DNA of 64,000 bases from Raillietiella orientalis (taxonomy: Eukaryota). Position 1 is the stretch's first letter. Each line of letters opens with the position of its first letter. The notes under the pieces are model-generated. The model did no database searches, was not told where the DNA came from, and saw only the letters and a list, made by a program, of their open reading frames with translations. The translations under genes were made by a program, and so were the position numbers. This document shows, one piece after another, positions 62,674 to 64,000 of this stretch. Location: the NCBI GenBank assembly GCA_036172245.1, contig JAYWIR010000040.1, forward strand, positions 1,612,001 through 1,676,000, written 5' to 3'.

Positions 62674-63971
62674 TCACCAACCACTACTGGAATACCAATT
62701 GCGTCCATGAGTTTTCTTACTTGCTTGGAAATCAGATCTGGGAAACCACATTTAAACTTTACTAAACTAACAAGTAACTTACTTCTGATCTCCCATCAAA
62801 AACTGTGGCTCTAACACAATTAATTCTTCTTCACTACTGTCACCACTGAGTTCTGTAAATCAGCACAGTAATGTCAAATGATATGAAAGCTCTACTACCG
62901 ATCTGTTCCACTTTTTTATCTTCTGGCCTGATCTGCTCCATTACCTCTATATCTGATAAATCCGAACTGAGGTCCATTTTTTTCGGATTCAACATGTTTG
63001 CATCCTGGCTGTCAGCAACTGTTTCTTTTGGAACAGCAAGGCATTCATTCTGATAATTGGCATCTGTTTCTTTCTGACTTGAAATGCTTTCACCATCACA
63101 AACATCAGTATAGAGGGCCTCAACCACTCCATCCTGAGTATTCAACACCTGCATGACTTCTGTTTGTTCCACAACACTCTCCTCAAAAGAAATCACATTG
63201 GGGCGGAACTGAAACAGTTGTTCAGGGGTCCAGGAAGCCTTCAGCTGATCCATGTTTAAAGAGTTGGCCAGACCCACATGGTTACCAGATGCTCTATTCT
63301 CTAGATAGAAAACATAGCCTTCCATTTCTGGAATACCTGCTTAAACGATCTTCCTGGATTTTGTCCTTAAGCATTTTGCACAGCTGTATTACGTGCATGG
63401 CAGCAATTTGCGTGCACCTGCTCACTTGTTCCACCATTAACAGTGTGCATCCAACTAAGTGTAATGTACACAACTCTTTGTATGGATTCATGCCAACTAC
63501 CATTTTCCCTTCCATCACACGCTCTTCCAGATCCGTAGGATCTGCCACTAAGTATTTGCTATCACATTAGGAAGCATTTGATTGGAAATTCGTCCATGTT
63601 CTTACCCTTCTCGGAAAAACGCAAACGTGGCCAACAAGGGTAAATGGTGCAAAGTTAAAGGCAAGGGATCTTTTTCATCAAAAGAGTGAATTATTATTTC
63701 TTCACCAACTTTGCTGACATCTGGATGACGAAAATGCATCAAGGATGTTAATACAGCTACACTACAGCAATCAGCAAGGCTGCCATCATTATTTAGGATA
63801 TGCACATCAACATGGATGCTCCATACCTGCAGTCAACTACTTAAATTGCCAAATGTAAATATCAAAAACCTTTTCTTCTGTGACAATACAGAGAGCTTCC
63901 AAATCCAGGCAATGGGAATCCTTGAAGATTCTCTCCAGCAAGCAGTTAATTTCTATGCTTGTTTCTGTTTG
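62674..63971 (-). CDS. EXOSC9: Exosome complex component RRP45, 3' portion (5' end outside window). Exons: ~63971-63870, 63826-63606, 63558-63337, 63293-62899, 62852-62783, 62737-62674
   Basis: 'LLERIFKDSHCLDLEALCIVTEEKVWSIHVDVHILNNDGSLADCCS...HFRHPDV...DPLPLTLHHLP...ADPTDLEERVMEG...MNPYKELC' and C-terminal 'DSSEEELIVLEP'. Confidence 0.94.
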
Positions 63972-64000
63972 CTTGGAATAACCAAATGTATTTGCCACAG

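Noticed and set aside
1..64000. CRISPR array, operon or other prokaryotic defence system
   Set aside because: No regularly spaced repeats with unique spacers; all genes are intron-containing animal genes.

Overview
Eukaryotic (invertebrate animal, most likely arthropod/ecdysozoan) genomic DNA with very short spliceosomal introns (mostly 39-64 nt). Eight protein-coding genes could be spliced by hand: TEAD/scalloped (+), RpL10a (-), cramped/CRAMP1 (+), RpL31 (-, absent from the ORF track), a mei-P26/NHL-2-type TRIM-NHL gene (+), an HMGB/Dsp1 gene (-), SAP30 (+) and the 3' part of EXOSC9/Rrp45 (-). The housekeeping gene bodies are AT-rich and CpG-poor. They are separated by GC/CpG-rich, microsatellite-laden blocks made largely of heavily decayed non-LTR retrotransposons (several L1/Tx1-like relics, one NeSL/Utopia-like relic) plus a tRNA-derived SINE-like element. 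The long GC-rich ORFs in the track are mostly spurious. Best observations: (1) a decayed formerly coding segment inside the TRIM-NHL gene (intronization or poison extension); (2) a probable non-AUG (AUU) start for TEAD; (3) a structured RpL10a intron with a hairpin-embedded alternative donor suggestive of AS-NMD autoregulation; (4) three convergent gene pairs with <90 nt between stop codons; (5) a head-to-head HMGB-SAP30 arrangement. No prokaryote-type system (CRISPR etc.) is present. All family calls are by recalled motif similarity, not database searches.
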